DNA from: Armatimonadota bacterium
GTDB lineage: Bacteria; Armatimonadota; Zipacnadia; JAUWAU01; JBHIEF01
Length of the DNA stretch: 62,686 nt
Direction: 5' to 3'
NCBI GenBank assembly: GCA_046760465.1
Contig: JBHIEF010000001.1
Coordinates: 1-62,686 of the forward strand
The notes under the pieces are model-generated. The model was not told the origin of the DNA. It worked only from the letters and a program-made list of their open reading frames with translations, and did not search any database. Every line of letters starts with the position of its first letter. Position 1 is the stretch's first letter. Positions 60,797 to 62,686 of the stretch are shown here, in pieces. The translations under genes and the position numbers were made by a program.

Positions 60797-62126
60797 TTTC
60801 CTCGTCGCCTTGCTCTGGCTCCGTCGCCGCTGTCTCTTCTTCGCCCTCGTCCTCGACGGGCGGCTCTTCCTCCTCCAGCTTCGGCTTCTCCAGCAGCCTC
60901 TTCAGGCGCTCATCCTCGGCCCTGTCATACACCACCTTCCCCTCGATGAGTACTTGGTCAACCCATGTCTGCGCGTCGAGCGGATCCCCGGTGAGGATCA
61001 GCAGGTTCGCGTCCTTCCCTGCTTCTATGCTCCCCACCCTATCGGCGACGCCGATGATCTCGGCCGGATATAGCGTGACTGACTTCAGCGCCTCCTCGCG
61101 ACCCACGCCGTGCGCCACTGCTTGCGCCGCCTGGAACCAGAAGTACCTCCCGCCATACGATCCGGTCGAGCGCTGTAGGGCGAACTTGACGCCCGCCTCC
61201 GCCATGATCTTCGGGACGACCTTCATCTCCTCGGTTTCCGTCTCCTCGTCCGTCTCCCACACGATCAAGCGCGAGTCCAGGATGACCGGCAAGCCCTTCT
61301 CAGCCAGCAGATCCGCCGCCTTGTAGCAGTCGGCCCCCAGCACGGGGACCATCGCGAACTCGTGCTGCTCGCTCAGCTCGAACGCCTTGGCCACGTCGGA
61401 TGCCCGGGGGCAGTACACGAAGGCGGTCAGCTTCCCCTCCAGGAGATCGATCACTGGCTGCTTCTTGGCGTCGATCTCCTCGTCGAACGGCTTGTCTGCT
61501 TCCTCCGCGTCAGCCTTCCTCTGCTCGTACTGCTCGACGTAGTCATTCAGGTCCGCGAAGTACTCCCTCAGGCGCGCCAGGTGCGCCATGCGGCTGCTGT
61601 CCGACCGCGGCTGGAGGGAGATCTTCAGCCCCGTGTAGTTGCGGACCAGCATGTCTTCCACCGTCATCCCGTCGGGCTTGACCACCACCCCCGTCCCGCC
61701 CAGCAGCGTGTCGTTCCCCGGCAGAACCAGCATGGTGGTCACGCCGTCTCTCAGGGAGTCCTCGATGAACCAGCTTATGGGGTCGATGCCGTCGAAGGCG
61801 GAGATGAAGGGCACCTCCAGCTCCCGCTCGTTCGCCGTCCGCATGCCCTGGGAGGTGTGGGCCTCCACGAAGCCCGGCATGACCACCTTGTCGGAGGCCT
61901 CGATCACGTTCGCGTCCCAGGGGATCTCGACACCGGTGCCCACCTTGGTAATGCGGCCGTCCTCGATGAGTATGATGCCGCCCTCGATGTCGCTGCCGCT
62001 GACGGTGATGATCGTGCCCGCCTTGACGGCCACTTTCTCCCGCACGGGGCCGTCCTGGCCCAGCGCTACGCCCGCCAACGCAGCTACGGCCAGCGCCGTG
62101 GCGGCCAGATGTCCATCTCTAGCCAT
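60786..62126 (-). CDS. Secreted amidohydrolase-fold protein (A6) with partly degenerate metal motif and an acidic C-terminal tail
   Basis: ORF 60786..62159 trimmed to ATG 62126, with GGAG 9 nt upstream; the alternative start is 62132. The signal peptide is MARDGHLAATALAVAALAGVALG. The metal motif reads MPGFVEAHTSQG (H-x-S). It keeps VGSIEAGKDANLLILTGDP. The tail is EEEEPPVEDEGEEETAATEPEQGDEENEH. It overlaps the A7 3-prime end. Confidence 0.85.
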   Translation of the reverse strand: MARDGHLAATALAVAALAGVALGQDGPVREKVAVKAGTIITVSGSDIEGGIILIEDGRITKVGTGVEIPWDANVIEASDKVVMPGFVEAHTSQGMRTANERELEVPFISAFDGIDPISWFIEDSLRDGVTTMLVLPGNDTLLGGTGVVVKPDGMTVEDMLVRNYTGLKISLQPRSDSSRMAHLARLREYFADLNDYVEQYEQRKADAEEADKPFDEEIDAKKQPVIDLLEGKLTAFVYCPRASDVAKAFELSEQHEFAMVPVLGADCYKAADLLAEKGLPVILDSRLIVWETDEETETEEMKVVPKIMAEAGVKFALQRSTGSYGGRYFWFQAAQAVAHGVGREEALKSVTLYPAEIIGVADRVGSIEAGKDANLLILTGDPLDAQTWVDQVLIEGKVVYDRAEDERLKRLLEKPKLEEEEPPVEDEGEEETAATEPEQGDEENEH

Positions 62127-62686
62127 CGGCATTCGCTCCGCTCTGCGCATCGAACACAACGCGCCCCTTCATGATCACCGTCTCGATGCTTGTGGTCACG
62201 CTCAACGGCTCGCCGCTGAGTATCAGCAGGTCCGCGTCCCTGCCCTTGGCCAGCGTGCCCACCCGGTCGGCCAGCCCCAGAATCTGTGCCGGATTGACCG
62301 TCACCGACCTCAGCGCCTCTTGGGCAGGCAGGCCGTGCCGCGCTGCCATGGTCGCATACGTCAGCAGGTTCGCCGGACCGGCGGAGTCGTTGGAGGCCAG
62401 CGCGACCTTGACTCCGGCCTCCGCCAGCAGGCCCGCGTTGTTCCAGTTGACGTCCCAGCCTCCCACGCGGTGGTAGAGGGGACCCAGGACAACGGGCACC
62501 CCCCGTCGGCCCACGTCCTCCGCCAGCTTGTACCCCTCTGTGCACTCCAGAAGGACCAGCCTGCGGAGCCCAAACTCATCGGCTATGTGGAAGGTCGTCT
62601 CAATGTCCACGGCGCCCCTCAGCGTAACGTGAATGGGGACCTTCCCGCGCATGGCATCGGCGATGGTGCGCTGGGCCGGGCTCAAC
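62119..62686 (-). CDS. Partial CDS (C-terminal part; continues beyond the right edge): amidohydrolase-fold protein (A7)
   Basis: The C-terminal family signature ALRSVTVNPAQILGLADRVGTLAKGRDADLLILSGEP is present and the stop is TAG 62121..62119. The N-terminus lies outside the window, so the metal motif is not visible. Confidence 0.85.
   Translation of the reverse strand, partial: LSPAQRTIADAMRGKVPIHVTLRGAVDIETTFHIADEFGLRRLVLLECTEGYKLAEDVGRRGVPVVLGPLYHRVGGWDVNWNNAGLLAEAGVKVALASNDSAGPANLLTYATMAARHGLPAQEALRSVTVNPAQILGLADRVGTLAKGRDADLLILSGEPLSVTTSIETVIMKGRVVFDAQSGANADG

Noticed and set aside
55118-62174. Series of plus-strand ORFs of 270-480 aa (55118..56284, 56306..57325, 57386..58837, 59865..61073, 61362..62174)
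   Set aside because: Each is the mirror image of an amidohydrolase gene. Their translations are Ser/Arg/Pro/Ala or His/Arg/Asp-rich and lack motifs.
1-62686. CRISPR arrays, tRNA/rRNA genes, transposases, integrases, phage or defence-system genes
   Set aside because: I looked in all intergenic gaps and ORF translations. I saw no regularly spaced direct repeats, no cloverleaf-like segments in the gaps, and no DDE/tyrosine-recombinase, nuclease-helicase, toxin-antitoxin or restriction-type motifs. Absence cannot be proven without tRNAscan or Infernal.

Overview
This is a 62.7-kb, densely coding chromosomal segment. It looks about two-thirds G+C by eye; I did not compute this. I make 37 gene calls: 35 CDS and 2 probable pseudogenes. 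I cannot support any rRNA, tRNA, CRISPR array, transposase or integrase. The supplied ORF track shows GTG/TTG starts as M, omits ORFs that run off the left edge, and contains many long antisense shadow ORFs. I therefore trimmed starts by hand using signal peptides, Shine-Dalgarno spacing and gene overlaps, and start coordinates are less certain than stops.

The gene content points to extracytoplasmic polymer and peptide breakdown. It resembles PVC-type (Planctomycetota/Verrucomicrobiota-like) genomes, which is inference only. It includes two formylglycine-type sulfatases, a GH29 fucosidase, a GH144-like glucanase, a malectin-domain hydrolase and a GH43 remnant. It also includes three Tat-exported Gfo/Idh/MocA oxidoreductases, a Tat nucleoside hydrolase, a Tat SUOX-fold molybdoenzyme, a Tat sugar-phosphate isomerase, DUF885 and a fully fused peptide-type ABC importer.

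The blocks most worth a second look are:
1. At 11.0-17.5 kb, four co-directional membrane proteins all carry cytoplasmic C-P-x-C-G...F-C-x-x-C-G zinc ribbons (nine ribbons in total). The ribbons are joined to different ectodomains: Zn-phospholipase-C-like plus vWA, 3x PASTA, and unknown domains.
2. At 53.3-62.7 kb, an uninterrupted and tightly overlapping array of at least 7 signal-peptide amidohydrolase-fold genes (8 modules) runs off the right edge. Only two modules keep the HxH metal motif, and one gene is frameshifted.
3. An in-frame TGA at 35926 is followed by a bulged 12-bp hairpin and 44 further coding-like codons. This is either a selenocysteine/read-through candidate or a fresh nonsense mutation.
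4. Two giant paralogous proteins (methyltransferase-like domain plus PQQ-type beta-propellers) are divergently arranged at 30.9-40.5 kb.
5. A 975-aa protein at 7.7-10.6 kb combines a discoidin domain, a beta-propeller and two CXXCH motifs.

All family assignments come from reading motifs by eye. No database search was run.
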